From Cetorhinus maximus (Eukaryota): 64,000 bases of DNA. The stretch is from NCBI RefSeq assembly GCF_964194155.1, contig NC_135899.1, positions 54,808,001 through 54,872,000 of the forward strand, in the 5' to 3' direction. The notes beneath the pieces were generated by a model. The model was given only the letters and a program-made list of their open reading frames with translations, did no database searches and was not told where the DNA came from. Below, in pieces: positions 9,600-22,439 of the stretch (position 1 is its first letter; each line of letters opens with the position of its first letter). A program made the position numbers and the translations under genes.

Positions 9600-11932
9600 T
9601 GGATATAGTTTCTTTAGTTCACTTCAAATCTTACATTGTTATAAGTCATGTGCATTTACTTTATTGTTACAATCTTAAAGCTATTCCAACATTATTGCTA
9701 TTACAGTATTAACACTAACAACATTCTCACTACCCCATCTCCCCACTTCAAATCCTTGAAGTTAGAGGTTCAGGTGGTCTGGAGACCGTATAACTTTCCC
9801 ATATCTCGTTCGCCATTCTGTCAGGAGAGTGGTGTCTCTGGTGTTTCTTGTTCTTGTTGTTGTTGTTGGTTTGGAGGTTGAACTGGCATCTGGCTATGGT
9901 TTCATCCACTTCTTCCATTGCTTGATGTTAAACCATGCGCGGTTGGTCTGGCTGGTTTGGCAGTGCATGGTTGTCGTTACTCTTAATCATTTCTTGTGGG
10001 GTGGATGAAAATGGTATTCGTCTGCTTGGCAGTGCCTTTTCTTCTTTTTCTGTTTGGGCTGTTGGGAAGCTCTCTGAAGCTGAGGAAGGGCGTTCCTGTG
10101 ACAGGAAGATGATTGAGTAGCATGCTCACCTCTGTTTTATGTTGTTGATGGTGCGAGACTGCTACGGGGTTCCCGAATCCCTTGTGCTACTGGCATGCTG
10201 GCTGGAAGAAGCTGTGTGTGCAGAGTGGTCTGGTGTGCCCACCAAGTGTACATTCATTGTAGTTGGAGGCAGAGGCTCCTCAGACTGTTGATCCTTCTCT
10301 GGTATCACTTCCGCTGCAGGTGCTTGGTAATCTCATGTGCGCTAGGTTGGTCTGACCACTGGGGACTTTCCAAGACCTGGAATAATGATGGACAAACCTG
10401 CTCCACAAAAAGAGAAGTGAGATAACAGGTGAAATCAGAGTCTGAATATTCTTCAGTGTTTGAGGACTCAGGACCGTGATGTTCACGCTGGCTAATAGCA
10501 GTGGTAGTCTTGACATTTTCTGCCATCCAGAGGCGATCCAGGGCTCCGCAGGCATCTCTGCTAAGAAGAGAGAAAGGCTGATTCCAGACAACTTACATTA
10601 GCTCAAAGATCTGTTTGTCACCATACCTCAGTGGTTCAAGGGTCATGCCGATGACTGAGAGTCGGACTCTCCTTGCTCCTGTCTGTCATTCGAACCCAAA
10701 GTCCTTGAAGCCATGGTTCCTTGTCTGACAGGATTGTCACTCTAGCATCTGAATCAATTTAAAATTGGTTAGATGACCATTTACAAGGATGTCAGCATTC
10801 CAAAACGAAGAGCTGCATTCTCTGATGTCACCCAAGAAGAATGGCTGGGGGTCTTCTGGGTCTTTGGCCTCGACCTCATGGATGAACTTTGGGATGTCTG
10901 TGCAGTGCTAGGGTTTTGACTAGCGCAGTTTATCAAGGTGTCCCTGTCGGTTGCAGTGGAAGCATTGGGCAGTGCTCGTAGGACACCGACCTTTCCTGTG
11001 AGGGCACTTTACACCGCAGTGCTGGCAAAGTCACTCTGCTGGGTGGCTCAGGAATTGCTTCCCTTGACTTGGATGATCCCTGCGTTTCTCTCACCTGATA
11101 TGGTGGACTGAGGGTTGGTTTCTGCCCCATGTCGTGTTCTCTCTCCTTAGGATGGTCCTGTTTTGTTCACATAGCTCAGACAGTCTAGCTAGCTGGATTG
11201 CCTTGTCTAGAGTAAGATGATCTTTAGCTTGTAGGAGGTCAGAGAGTGAATCATCTGCAACACCCACCACGAGTCTGTCTCGGATGAACTCAGACTTTAA
11301 ATTGCCATATGCACATCTCTCTGCCAGCCTGTAGAAATCATTTATGAAGGTATCGAGAGGTTCTCTGGGCACTTGGACTCTTACTAAATTTGGCTCTCTC
11401 CAATATTTTATTGGATCTCAGGGCAAAATAAACATCGAAGGATTTTAAAACATCATTGAATTTGGCAGATGACTCATTGATAACTTCCCGTGAAATGATG
11501 TCGTCTGGAATTGACCCAATCGAGGAAAGAAGTGTATTGCTTTGCTCTGGCTCTGATTTTTTATTGAGACCTGTGGTAATCTTTTCCTCCAAAGACTCCA
11601 ATTGTGTGACTGGTCTGGGGCATAGGTGAATCCCAGTGGAGCTGGAAATGTGTAATTGTGATCCATTTTGAAGATTTTCAAAAGTGTGGGTATAACTTTA
11701 AGAGATTACAGGCTTCCAAGATGGCGTCATATACTGCAGTATATTAACAACTCTTTATTAACTATATACATATATATGGTAGAGGGTACAAGTCTACCCT
11801 AGGTCTTTACACATCTCTGTCCATCTCTAGACTGACCCTAGCTCTGAGTCATGTGCCTTCTTACATCACTGTGTGGATGGTACTGTACTGAGTACCGCAT
11901 TAGCCCTGTATGTACCAGACCCTACTACTACA
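9600..11932 (-). mobile_element. Second Gypsy-like LTR element (B): 5' LTR, gag, protease, no RT/IN seen; 3' LTR missing
   Basis: LTR-like end TGTAGTAG at 11932 with AATAAA. gag fragments 11681-10933 (ERCAYGNLKSEFIRDRLVVG). Protease-like FWNADILVNGHLTNFK at ~10800. Gypsy-type terminal TRYG..PDHLNL*-like motif at ~9770-9810. Confidence 0.7.
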
Positions 11933-12786
11933 CATCCAGACTACGATGCCCCGCGAATTTCCACCGGACATCCTTTTGCTCCGTATTGTATCAGTCTCAA
12001 CCGATCCCTCACTTACCTGGTGATATTCGACAACCGCATGCAGTGACTGCCATTTCCTCCAGCCAGCGTTTTCTCCATTTGCATTCATATGACATCCCTT
12101 GGCAAGATGACCCTTCTTGCAGCTGTAGCACTCTGGCTTTACAAATGACCAATTCAGTGCCCAGTGTAGGTCCAAGCACTGGTAACAGGATGTTTTAGTA
12201 TCTCTGCTACTGCTAACTGCTGTTGTTAGGGCCTTCTGCTTACTCAGCTGCAGCTTATTTGATTCAGCAGGCGGATGGCAGTTGTTAACCCTGACTTCTC
12301 TCAAGTCACATTCCAGCATATCCATGGATAATTCTGTTTGGCAAGCTATGTCCAAAGTTAACTTTGGCAGTGTCAGCAACTTACTGCAAATGCATTCACT
12401 TTTTAAACCACACACAAAACTCTCCTGCAATGCTCTCCCTCGGAATTCTCCAAAATTACAGTGAACAGACAACTTTTTCAAACCAATGATAAGCTCTCCA
12501 ACTAATTCCTGGTTCTAAACAATAGCTTTCCGCAATCTCCAATGGCTTCGGACTGTAGCTTACACAAAATGCCTGACAGCAGCATGCCTTTTGACTTCAC
12601 AGAAACACTCAAATTCTTGAGCATTTCATAGACTTCTGGGCCTGCTCCAGTCAAAATTATCACCCTTTTCCTTGCCCCCACTGCCTGACCAACAGCTAGA
12701 TTACCTGGAACATTGGGGATATTATTAGCAGTGATATACATCTTGAACTGCTCCACATATGTACTGAAAAACTCTCAAACATGACG
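11933..12786 (-). pseudogene. gag remnant of element A
   Basis: ORFs 12502-12756 and 11900-12481: gag motifs (HCNFGEF..LQESFVCGL) and a CCHC knuckle (CYSCKKGHLAKGC). Confidence 0.85.
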
Positions 12787-12960
12787 ATACTTGTTTAGGT
12801 TTTGAAACGTAATCAGTCTGATGTCACATCTGGTTTTCTGTAGTCAGGTGACTATGCCATGCGGAAGTCTCTCTGTGAGCAGACATCTTAAGTCAGTTCA
12901 ATAAAGCCTCTCACTGAGAAGACACTGATGAAGCACTGCTGTCCTTAAACTTGAAACATG

Positions 12961-15900
12961 GGCCAGAATTTTCCGTTTGCTGGTCAGGCGGGCCCGACCG
13001 ACTCAGCGGCAGGCGGGCAGCCGATTGCTGCTGGAGAAACGGGCCACGCCGCCATTTTTCGCAGGTGGGCCAATTAAGGCCCGCCCCGTGGGTTAGTGAC
13101 TCCCGTGGAGAACGGGAAAATAGTCTCGGGGGTGGGCGGCCTCAGACTGCCGGTTCCAACGGGGAGCCGGCAGCCTGTATAAAGAGTGGCCAGGCAGCCT
13201 GCTTGAGGCAGTGCACCATGGCCACTCGTGGAGTGAGGGAGGGAGGGAGGTCCGAGTGGACAGCAGCATGAGCAGGAGGAGGGGTCAGACTGCAGGAGAG
13301 GCCAGTGGGAGGCCACTGTGCCCCCCGATTTTCAGATACATGTCTTGCTGTCCTCCTGCAAGAGGTGGGCATCCGTCGGCACCTTCTGTATCCTGAGGAT
13401 GGGAGGAGGAGGGCCCCCCATGTCACCAGCCAGGCATGGGAGGAGATGGGTGACGCTGTAAGCACCCATGATGATGTGCGGCGCACTGGCACCCAGTGCA
13501 GGAAAAGATTCAATGATTTGCTGCACTCTGGACGGGTGAGTACCATGTCGGTCTGTCGGTCTTGGCCATTTGACCCAGAAGGCAGCCATAGCCTTTGAGC
13601 GCCCCCCCACCATGTCTTGCTGTCGTTACTGCATAGGGCATCTGTCGCATGCTGGGTGGGCAAATGGGTACTGACCATGCTTACACCAGCCTTAGAGGTT
13701 GAGGAGAAGAAGGGTTCTCCCCGCAGCATATGTTGGTCTTTGTGGCATTTGAGTAGTCTGGGGGCAACCTGCAGGGGAGGCCGCTAGACAAATACTCAGA
13801 ACTCCAACACATGTCATATTGATGGTAATGAGATGGTGCAAGGGGTGCCTCAAGGTGTTTTGGGCAAGTGCCATCTGCTGGCATTGGCGTCGCACCTAGT
13901 TGCGCCTCCTTGCCATGGGTGCTAAGACCCATGTGCTATTCAGTGATGGACGCCGAATGTGTCAAGGTGGCCGTTGGGAGAGGGGGTTGGGACCAGCCGT
14001 ACTACCTTCTGGGGACTGATCACCAGTAGTGTGGACAGAAGCCGCTGGAGGCCTCAGATGGGCCCCCGTCGTTGGGGTGCGGCGTGCGCATGCAGAACGA
14101 TCAGCCCCAATAAATCCTCTTCTGTTTTGCAGGCAAAAACTCACCACAATGCCCGGGAGTGACAGAGGACTGGTGGTGGGCACGCCCTCCTGCAGTGCCT
14201 TACGCCTTTTGAAGAACAGGCCATGGAGCTAGGCAGGAGGCAGGAGGCCAGGGTGACCGGGGGCGGCGAGGCTGGGGTCCAGCGGGCAGGTATTTGAGGT
14301 CCACAGACCCATCCACTCTGTCTGCCCACCATCCAAACCACTGATGGTTGCTGCAATCGTTAATACTGAAACAATGCTCATTCACAGACTGAGACATTCT
14401 GACGTATGGGTCATACAGAAGGGACCCTCATCTCCTTGAGGAATCGCGTCTCCACCACATTCCAAAGTTACCGTTTCCCATTTGTGACCACTATCAACAT
14501 GGTCTAACATGCCATTGGATCACTGCTGCACAGCCAAAGACTGATTTCATCTTAGGGGGTTTGGGACCTCCAGCACCCTTTCAGCCAGTGTGCCCCACAT
14601 TACTTTGTCCAAAAGGTCCTCAGCACCTCAGCTGTGAACATCACGGCACTAACCTTAAATGAATGCCACCACGTTACTTGTCCCTGCGCCAAGGGGAAAT
14701 GTTGCCTTCTGCCCACCTGGTCTATGCCCCTCCTTACGGGGAATGAAGGCCAATAATGTGACCTCTCAATCTCCTGTGACAGACGGCAAATGTCGCAACT
14801 GTTTGCGATGTTTCCTCAGCCCCGCAACTATCCAGGCCACAATGCATCCAGGTCAGGTACCTCTGCACTCTCCCCACTCCTATGGTTCATAACATGCCAT
14901 GTGGCATTCCTGAGGCCATCTGACCGGCCTGTCTGCATATGTGTTTAATGGCTGGGGCTCCTCTTGACTCTTTCACCTCACCAATGTTCTTCTCCTTAGG
15001 GTCTTGAAGGGTGAGCGACTTAAGAGGCTGGGGGGGAAAGGGACGAAAGGTTGAACTGACTGTACATTAACTGATGCACCGTCCTTGTTGTTAATTTCAG
15101 CATCACCACCAGAGTGAGCCGCACCTCGACACCGCAGCCCCCCCTCCACACCTGAGGGCCAACATATGCAACTTGCGACATCATTTCAGCCAGCCAGGCA
15201 CCAGCACAGACACACACACCTTGGTGGGCACTTTACCATCGGCTAGTGTGCCTGGTCACAGTGGAGAGGGCATATCACGATCACTGGAGGAGATGGTAGG
15301 GGCAGAGAGTGCCGATGGCGCCAGCAGCCGGAGGGCTGCAGGAGACGGGGCACATGCTGAGTCTGGCACTGATGACATGTCTCTGGAGTTGTCCCCATTG
15401 CAGCAGCTGCAGGAAAGGCGGCAGGAAGTGCGTTTGCATCTGGCAGGGTTGCATGAGGGAATGTTTCAGTTGCTTTCTGCGACGGAGGAGTTCACGTAGA
15501 GTGCACGTGAAGGTTTGGACCTCAGGGCAGAGCTTCAGGCTTCCTCCAATGAGAGATTGGCAACTTTCATAGAGAGGGGCTTCGATCAAATGGAATATTT
15601 TATGATTGGGATACGCTCTGACCTGCAAGCCCTCACACCGGTACTGGCCACGGGTGGTCATTCCCAATGTGGGAGATGTTGTGGACACCAAGCGTCAAGA
15701 GACACCACAAAGATCACCCACCGAGCCCTGGAAGGAGCCAGAGGCATAGAAGTGGAGGGCAACTGTGAGATTCAGAGCCGCTGGCATGGGGTGTCCACCC
15801 ACACAGTTAGGGGAGATCTCAGGGCCAATCATCTGACAGATATAGTTGACTGTCTCCCTTTCGAGTCAGAGCCTCCTTCGGCACTGCACCTCAGTCATAC

Positions 15901-16599
15901 TGAGGTAGCTGCTTCGCCGCCTGTATACCCTGGCAGCAGGATAGTAACGTTTTCTGTGGCCCCTTCCACCTTGGACAACCTCTTGGCCCTGCGCCCCTTG
16001 TGCCTGCGCCTGGCCTCCCAAAGGTGGCTCCCCTGGAGTCTGATTGTCTTGTCCTAGCCTCCTCCTTATTCTATCCCTCCCTTCCTCTCCATTGGAGGCA
16101 GCTCCCCTGAGGAGGTCAGAACCCATACCCCCCAGGCTAAATGGAGGCCTCTGGAAAGCGGCGGGCCCGAGAAAGATTACTGTCTGCAGACTGGTTTCAA
16201 AGTGCACAAGAAGCTCTTGTAAATCGATGAGAACTGCGAACAATCACACAGGCAACTTTTAAACACTTTCAGCAATTAAAACTTTGTGTAAAACATGAAC
16301 AACCCCTCTGAGTCCACATATCCTGACATTGCATGAGCTTTCTTAAAAAAATCTCCTACCCGCCTGCCCATTTGGGCCCGTGCGCCAACCCCAAGTTCGC
16401 ACGGGCCCCTCAAAATCCTGGACAATTGGCAAGTTAAGGGCCTTAACGAGCCCTTCAATTAATGGCGGGCGAACGTCCCGCTGCTGAGCACGCCCGCCGA
16501 CCGAAATATCGCGATGCCGCGCGCTGACGTCAGCGCGCAACATTTTAAGAGCTGATGTGCAGGCTTCGCCACCCGCACGTCAGCCGGAAAATTCTGGCC
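12961..16599 (+). mobile_element. PIF/Harbinger element carrying a Myb/SANT-like gene, no transposase seen
   Basis: Perfect 15-bp TIRs GGCCAGAATTTTCCG / CGGAAAATTCTGGCC; 3-bp TSD ATG (12958-12960, 16600-16602). Confidence 0.88.
13218..16060 (+). pseudogene. Spliced Harbinger Myb/SANT-like DNA-binding protein gene (NAIF1/MSANTD-related), disabled
   Basis: TATAAA 13178; Kozak ACCATGG 13218. Exon 1 to 13535 (APRFSD..W..TGTQCRKRFNDL, donor GTGAGT). Exon 2 14133-14289 (AKTHHNARE*QRTGGG). Last exon from ~15101 (PGTSTDTHT.., coiled-coil-like). In-frame TGA at 13269 and 14160. 3' end approximate. Confidence 0.8.
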
Positions 16600-17659
16600 A
16601 TGGTGTTTGGAAGTGGAGATGTAACAGATTTTTGAACCCTGGAACTGTTGCAGACAAGGCACAGCTCAGAAAGGCATGCAGAAATGTTTAAATCTGCAAC
16701 AAAGCTGCTGAAAAGGACAAGAAAAAACAAAAAATAAGGAGTTAATTAAAAGCAAACAAACTGAAGGCTGCAAGTAAAATACTGAGTGAGTAACATGGCT
16801 GCAATGAACTCTCCATTCCCTTCTCTGGTAGAAATGAAAGGAGATATGTGGAAAAATTGGTGGTTTTTCCACTTTCAATGGTAAAGCTACAAGATTGCAA
16901 CAGACTTAATTAACAAGCCTGAACCGATAAGAGTAGCAACAGTCCAAACACAGCTGCAGAGACTGCTACAAATTGTAAACCACCCTAATTCTAACCAACG
17001 AACAAGGAAAAAAAGACAGCAGAAATGTTGAAAGCCTTGAACGAAAGCTTTGAAATTTGAGTGAATGTTACATATGAATGCTATGTCTTCAACACTCGAG
17101 TACAGAGTGAAAATGAGACCATTGAACAGTATATGACAGCAATAACACAGCTTGCAGAATCATGTAAACTCAGATAGCTTAAAAAATGACCTGATTAAAG
17201 TTAGATTAGTCTTAGGTATGTGAGTCCCCTCAGAGAGAGCAAGTCTATTAAAATATGAGAAACCGATGCTAAAGAAAGCGATAGATGTGTGTGAAAATGC
17301 GGAAGTCATGAAACATCAGCTAGAGCATATGTATGGTTGAGCAGACCAGGAGATACATAATGCTGAGAGACATTACAGGCCGAAAGAGCACAACGATCGC
17401 AGATAAAAGGCAGGATACAAATACTGTGAAGGACAGCATACAAAGGAAAAGAAGGATTTCCCAGCATGGGGAAAGCAGTGTTTTAACTACAAGAAGCAGA
17501 ACCATTTCACACACAAGTGTTTGGGCAAAAAGAAGCAAAACAAACCTATACAGATGGCCACTGGAGAGATATCAACAGAAGAGTCTAACGAAGAACTATG
17601 CACCGTACAACAGGTTGGTTCCTACAGGTCCATAGGCGACAAATGGTTTGTGACTATTA

Positions 17660-18582
17660 CTCTCCTTCTGTGGCCATCATTGTATTCAGCGAACAAGAAG
17701 TGTCATATAAACATCATGACCAGAACTGCACACAGTACTCCAGCTGTGGCCTCACCAAAGTTCTATACAACTCCAACAGGACCTCCCTACTTTTGTAATC
17801 TATGCCTCGATTGCTAAAGGCAAGTGTCCCATAAGCCTTTTTCACCACCCCACTAACATGCCTCTCCGCCTTCAGAAATCTATGGACACACATGCCAAGG
17901 TCCCTTTGTTCCTCAGAACTTCATAGTGTCATGCCGTTCATTGAATAATTTCTTGTCAAATTACTCCCTCCAAAGTGTATCACCTCACACTTTTCAGGGT
18001 TAAATTCCATCTGCCACTTATCTGCCCATTTGCCCATCCTGAGTATATCTTCCTGTAGCCCTAGACACTCAACCTCACTGTTAACCACCTCGCCAATCTT
18101 TGTGTCATCCGCAAACTTACTAATCCTACCCCCCACATAGTCATCTATGTCATTTATATAAATGACAAATAATAGGGGACCCAGCACAGATCCCTGTGGT
18201 ACGCCACTGGACACTGGCTTCCAGTCACCAAAGCATCCTTCTGTCATCACCCTCTGTCTCCTACAACTAAGCCAATTTTGAATCCACCTTATCAAATTAC
18301 CCTGTATCCCCTGTGCATTTGCTTTCTTTATAAGTCTCCCATGTGGGACCTTGTCAAAGGCTTTGCTGAAATCCATATAAACTACATCAACTGCACTACC
18401 CTCATCTACACACCTGGTCACCTCCTCAAAAAATTCAATCAAATTTGTTAGGCATGACCTCCCTCTGACAATGCCATGCTGACTATCCCTGATCAAACCT
18501 TGCCTCTCCAAGTGGAGATAGATTCTCTCCTTCAGAATTTTCTCCAATAGTTTCCCTACCACTGCCGTGAGACTCACTGGTC
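17660..18582 (-). mobile_element. CR1 LINE ORF2 reverse-transcriptase fragment
   Basis: ORF 17921-18582: RPVSLT..DSQHG..DFSKAFDKVPH..GVPQGSVLGP..FADDTK; open over ~220 codons. Confidence 0.95.
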
Positions 18583-19792
18583 TGATAATGTATGATAAAC
18601 TGAAATCTTCGATGAACAAAACTGTGTGAGATCTGAACAAACACATTTCAGAGACAACACATAGGTACCAGGAGGAAATAATGACCCTCAGTTCCACAGT
18701 TGGCGATTCAAAGCAGGAGATGAAAAAACTCAACCCGATGTACAGCCAGGCAAAACTGTAGGCAGGAATGGCACGCAAAGAAGTTGCAACCTTGGAAAAC
18801 TCCTTGATGAATCAATATGTAGCTATGAAAAAAACATGAGGACCCAGTCAGGGTACAAATCCTCATCGCTCTCAAGAGGAGTCAGCCCATGTGTAAACTT
18901 AGGACATGTGTGGAGAAATTGTCACCTCAATCATACATGGTGGAAGTGAACAACCAAATATACCGGCATCACCGCAGGCATATACAATCAACTAGTGAAG
19001 CTGTTCCTTCACTGCAGTTGGCCAGTCAGGGAGAAGGAATCTCACCAGCTATACAGAGTACAGAACTACCATCAGTTCCAGAGGTCCAAGTGTCTCCAAT
19101 GACTGAAGTGGAACAACAACAGTCATCAAGGCAACAAGGGCCACAGGAATGATACTATTCAGACAAGGAACATCACCAAGACGAACAGCCAGTGTCAATG
19201 CACATATGTACCATTAAGAGACCTGCACAATCTAAAGACTGTGCAGTGCTTGTGCGGAGAATAGCTAGCAGAATAAACAGTTGTTAATGCATGAGAACAA
19301 TGGGTGTATAGTGGGTAATTTGGGTAACTCACAGTCACACAGGATTGTGCATGCAAATGTGTCTCTTGTTCGCTAGGAAAAGGGGGATGTTTGTATCTTT
19401 TGTTCAATATGAAAAGGGGAATGTTTGGGTTTTGAAATGTAATCAGTCTGATGTCACATCTGCCTTTCCATAGTCATGTGACTATGCAATGAGGCAGTCT
19501 CTCTGTAAGCAGGCATTTTAAGTCAGTTTAATAAAGCCTCTCGCTGATGGAGCGCTGCTGTCCTTAAAGTTGAAATAATACTCTCCCAGTCACCCAATAA
19601 TACATATTAAAGTAGCCATCTTTGAAGGTCAGTCCACGTACATGTACAAACAGCCTTTCCACTAAGACTGGATTTTTAAAACTATTTCTCAGCAAAAAAA
19701 ATACCCCTCAGCTCCTCTACTGGTTTGCTGGAAGCTTCTCCAACCCAAATTTGTTCGGCTAGGGAATCCACAATCCCACCTTAATGCCAGAC

Positions 19793-19937
19793 TCTGATAT
19801 CGTTGCAGGGCAGAAAAGAGACAGTGTGCCACATGGAAAGTCAAGTACCAACTGAAAACTAGTTTAATCCAATTTTGGCTGTATACACATACATACATTC
19901 ATACATACAGAAATGGCCACAAGAGGATGCTATTACA
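19793..19937 (-). repeat. 5' LTR of element A
   Basis: Direct repeat of 3562-3692 with a (cata)n expansion; PBS immediately internal. Confidence 0.88.
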
Positions 19938-20009
19938 ATATTTGAAAGTCCTGGTAACTCAGGTTTCAGAATAGACATGGTCCACTCTCAGCAGAACTCA
20001 AAACATTTG

Positions 20010-20140
20010 GGAAATGGATAATTGTGGCTGTACCTACACCACATGGACTGCAGTAGTTCAAGAAGGCAGCTCACCACCACCTTCTCAAGGGCAATAAATG
20101 CTGGTCTAGCGAGCGATGCCCATATCCCATGAATGGATAA
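20010..20140 (+). mobile_element. 3' tail of second CR1/L2-group LINE family
   Basis: ttcaagaaggcagctcaccaccaccttctcaagggcaataaatgctgg..catgaatg. Confidence 0.8.
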
Positions 20141-22048
20141 AAGACATTAAAGGGACACGGTCAACCGAATAGAAAGATCCTGTATTGGAGAGTTTGCACA
20201 ATGGTAAATATGCTTGTATGCACTGTAAATAATGTTTTCAACAATTCTGCATTAACATTAAGGAAAGTTGGCCAATTTCTGAAATAGGCACCTAACCCAC
20301 AGCATTGGATTGATGTTCCATTGGTATCGGTCACTTCCTTATTTATAATAAACATCAAATTTACATGAAGATGTTACTTGGCAAATCACAGGGTATTTGA
20401 CTGAACAGCTCTTGCAATAGGTAAATATTTATGTGCAACCTTATGACCTGCATGAATATACAGCAACAATTTTTTCTGAATGGGATGGTTTAAGGATAAG
20501 ATTTGCTTGATTCTAGATAAGTTTATGTCTTTCCCCAGTTCCTAACCATTTTTGCTCATTCACATTGCCATCTTCATATGTCAAGTAAATATTTTGGCAC
20601 AGAAATTATATTCTCTGTTTAAATGATATTTCTTTACACAATTGACATTGTTGAGAACTACTAATACTGTGAAAGCTCTATCCCTGTAAAGACACTTTTC
20701 AGCATAACCCAACAGAAAAGTTATTTATACAAGCCCTTTATTTAAGAGCTCGTACTATCGATGATTAAAGCCATTGTCAAAATACTCCACAAATGATACT
20801 GTCTGTATCCTTGTCATTAACAGTACAGTATATGAAATAGATAAATGAACCCAATGTATTCCTGGTGATAGCAGAGAAACCAAATTCAATGCCTGCTGTG
20901 AATTGAAGTTTTATTCTGCTGTTCAAAGAAGCCAAGCATTAATTCATTTCAAGCACTCGGATCCATTCAAATGACACCATCTTTTCTATCCAATGGGCTT
21001 GATTTGAGATTTCTGCCAATTTTAGGCATTGCGTCTTTTATGTATTGCACCTTTTTTTACATTTACAATATTACAAGAAGATTGCAATAGAAATTCCCTT
21101 TATAAAATCTATTTTCCATTGTATATTTTGCAATTGTATATTTAACGTTATAAATCAATGTTTCACTTTCTATAGGGTATTATGAAGGGAAAGCACTTAG
21201 TTGATGAGCATGCAGTACTTTAAACAATGGTTAAATGCAAGTCACCTGATACCCTATGACTCCAATCTAGTCACAGAGATGCAGTAGGTTACAATACGAA
21301 TTTTGTTGAGTAGGCAACAGGAAACCCATGCTATCTCTCATCCCAATGAATTAGTTCTGATCCCAATGTCTACTTCCAGAGGCTGGACCTTAATAGTTGG
21401 AAACTGTTCTAGATCTCTTTTGTAGTTAATATCCTTTTCCTTGTCTATAATATTTGCATGTATCATATAAAAAGTGTCACATTCTCAGCCCCTTGACAGT
21501 GGGTGACTTGTACAATCATCAAAAACCTCCTGTATGATGAAGAGAGGTTCAAAAATGTGCTTGTTATATTGTATGTCATGTTTTATCTACTGAAACTCTA
21601 TAAACAAACCTGTTGCTTTGAGCCATTCATCATGAATGTGGACTTGTATATCCTTTTTAAGTGATATTTCATATCTGGCCATTATCCATAATTTACTTCT
21701 TAATTCAAACAAACGATTTTTAAAATGCAACATGGAGGGTGGCTTTCAGGTTTGTACTGGAATATATGGCCCCGATTATTGGTTTGATGGAATAATGCAA
21801 GTTTGCATTGAAAGTAAAATATAACAAATTTTCAAAGAACAAATAACAAAATGATTGTGTTCCTGATCCTTACTCTTCCATTTCATTGAAAGAGTTTGTG
21901 TACCATCAAGTGAACACACGTGCTGCAGATTGGACCATTTCTTTAAGACAAACCATAGCATTCAAATATGTCCAAGTAGTCCAGCCTGATTATAATCACA
22001 GAATTTCCACTGCACGTTGAGAATGTTTTAAGATTTGTTTAGATTTGC

Positions 22049-22439
22049 TGTAAAGCTACTGAAGAAATGAGCTAACAATTCTGGGCACATGTTACCATGC
22101 ACTACAGAAACCACTCAGAGATCGCCAATCGAGTGGCTCAGAGCGATTGGGCACCAGAGCAGTTGCCATGCAGCCAAAGTGTAAAATCAGGCTAAAAACA
22201 CTCATCGAGACAGTACCATCGGAGCAGGGCCATCGACGGGATAAGGCCTGTTGGAAGCTAATCGATCCTAGTCAGATCCAGTTGGTCTACTGTCAACCCA
22301 GTCTGACTAACTAGGGGGTAACTGTATGTTTTAAAACACCCTGTATTGTTTTCAAGTTGAAGATTTTTGGCAATAAAAGTGTTGGATTTGTGGTGAAATC
22401 GTAACAATTGTTATTCCCAATCCCTCGGACATCACAACA
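22049..22439 (+). mobile_element. Possible solo LTR
   Basis: TG...ACAACA ends, AATAAA ~65 bp before the end, imperfect flank ttgc/ctgc; no partner in the window. Confidence 0.3.

Larger units (their letters stand above)
12792..19577 (+). mobile_element. Third Gypsy LTR element (C), internally deleted
   Basis: LTRs 12792-12958 and 19422-19577; perfect 5-bp TSD ATACT (12787-12791, 19578-19582); tRNA-Leu-like PBS tggtgtttggaagtgga at 16601; gag ~16700-17650; integrase C-terminus 18889-19152; PPT gaaaaggggaa 19411-19421. Confidence 0.9.
3562..19937 (-). mobile_element. Outer Gypsy/Ty3 LTR retrotransposon (element A), fragmented by nested insertions
   Basis: LTR pair 3562-3692 and 19793-19937 (minus-strand consensus termini TGTAATA..TATCACA). 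Near-TSD atagt/atatt. PBS 19772-19789 resembles the tRNA-Ser 3' end. PPT at 3693-3703. gag start at 19619, gag 12786-11933, RNaseH/IN 9566-9040 and 5167-3990. Confidence 0.88.

Noticed and set aside
13142-13729. 195-aa minus-strand ORF as the Harbinger transposase
   Set aside because: Antisense shadow of the GC-rich Myb exon and intron; no DDE/HARBI1-like motifs
17921-18778. 285-aa ORF as an intact gene
   Set aside because: Truncated CR1 RT; the N-terminal ~65 aa come from antisense Gypsy sequence
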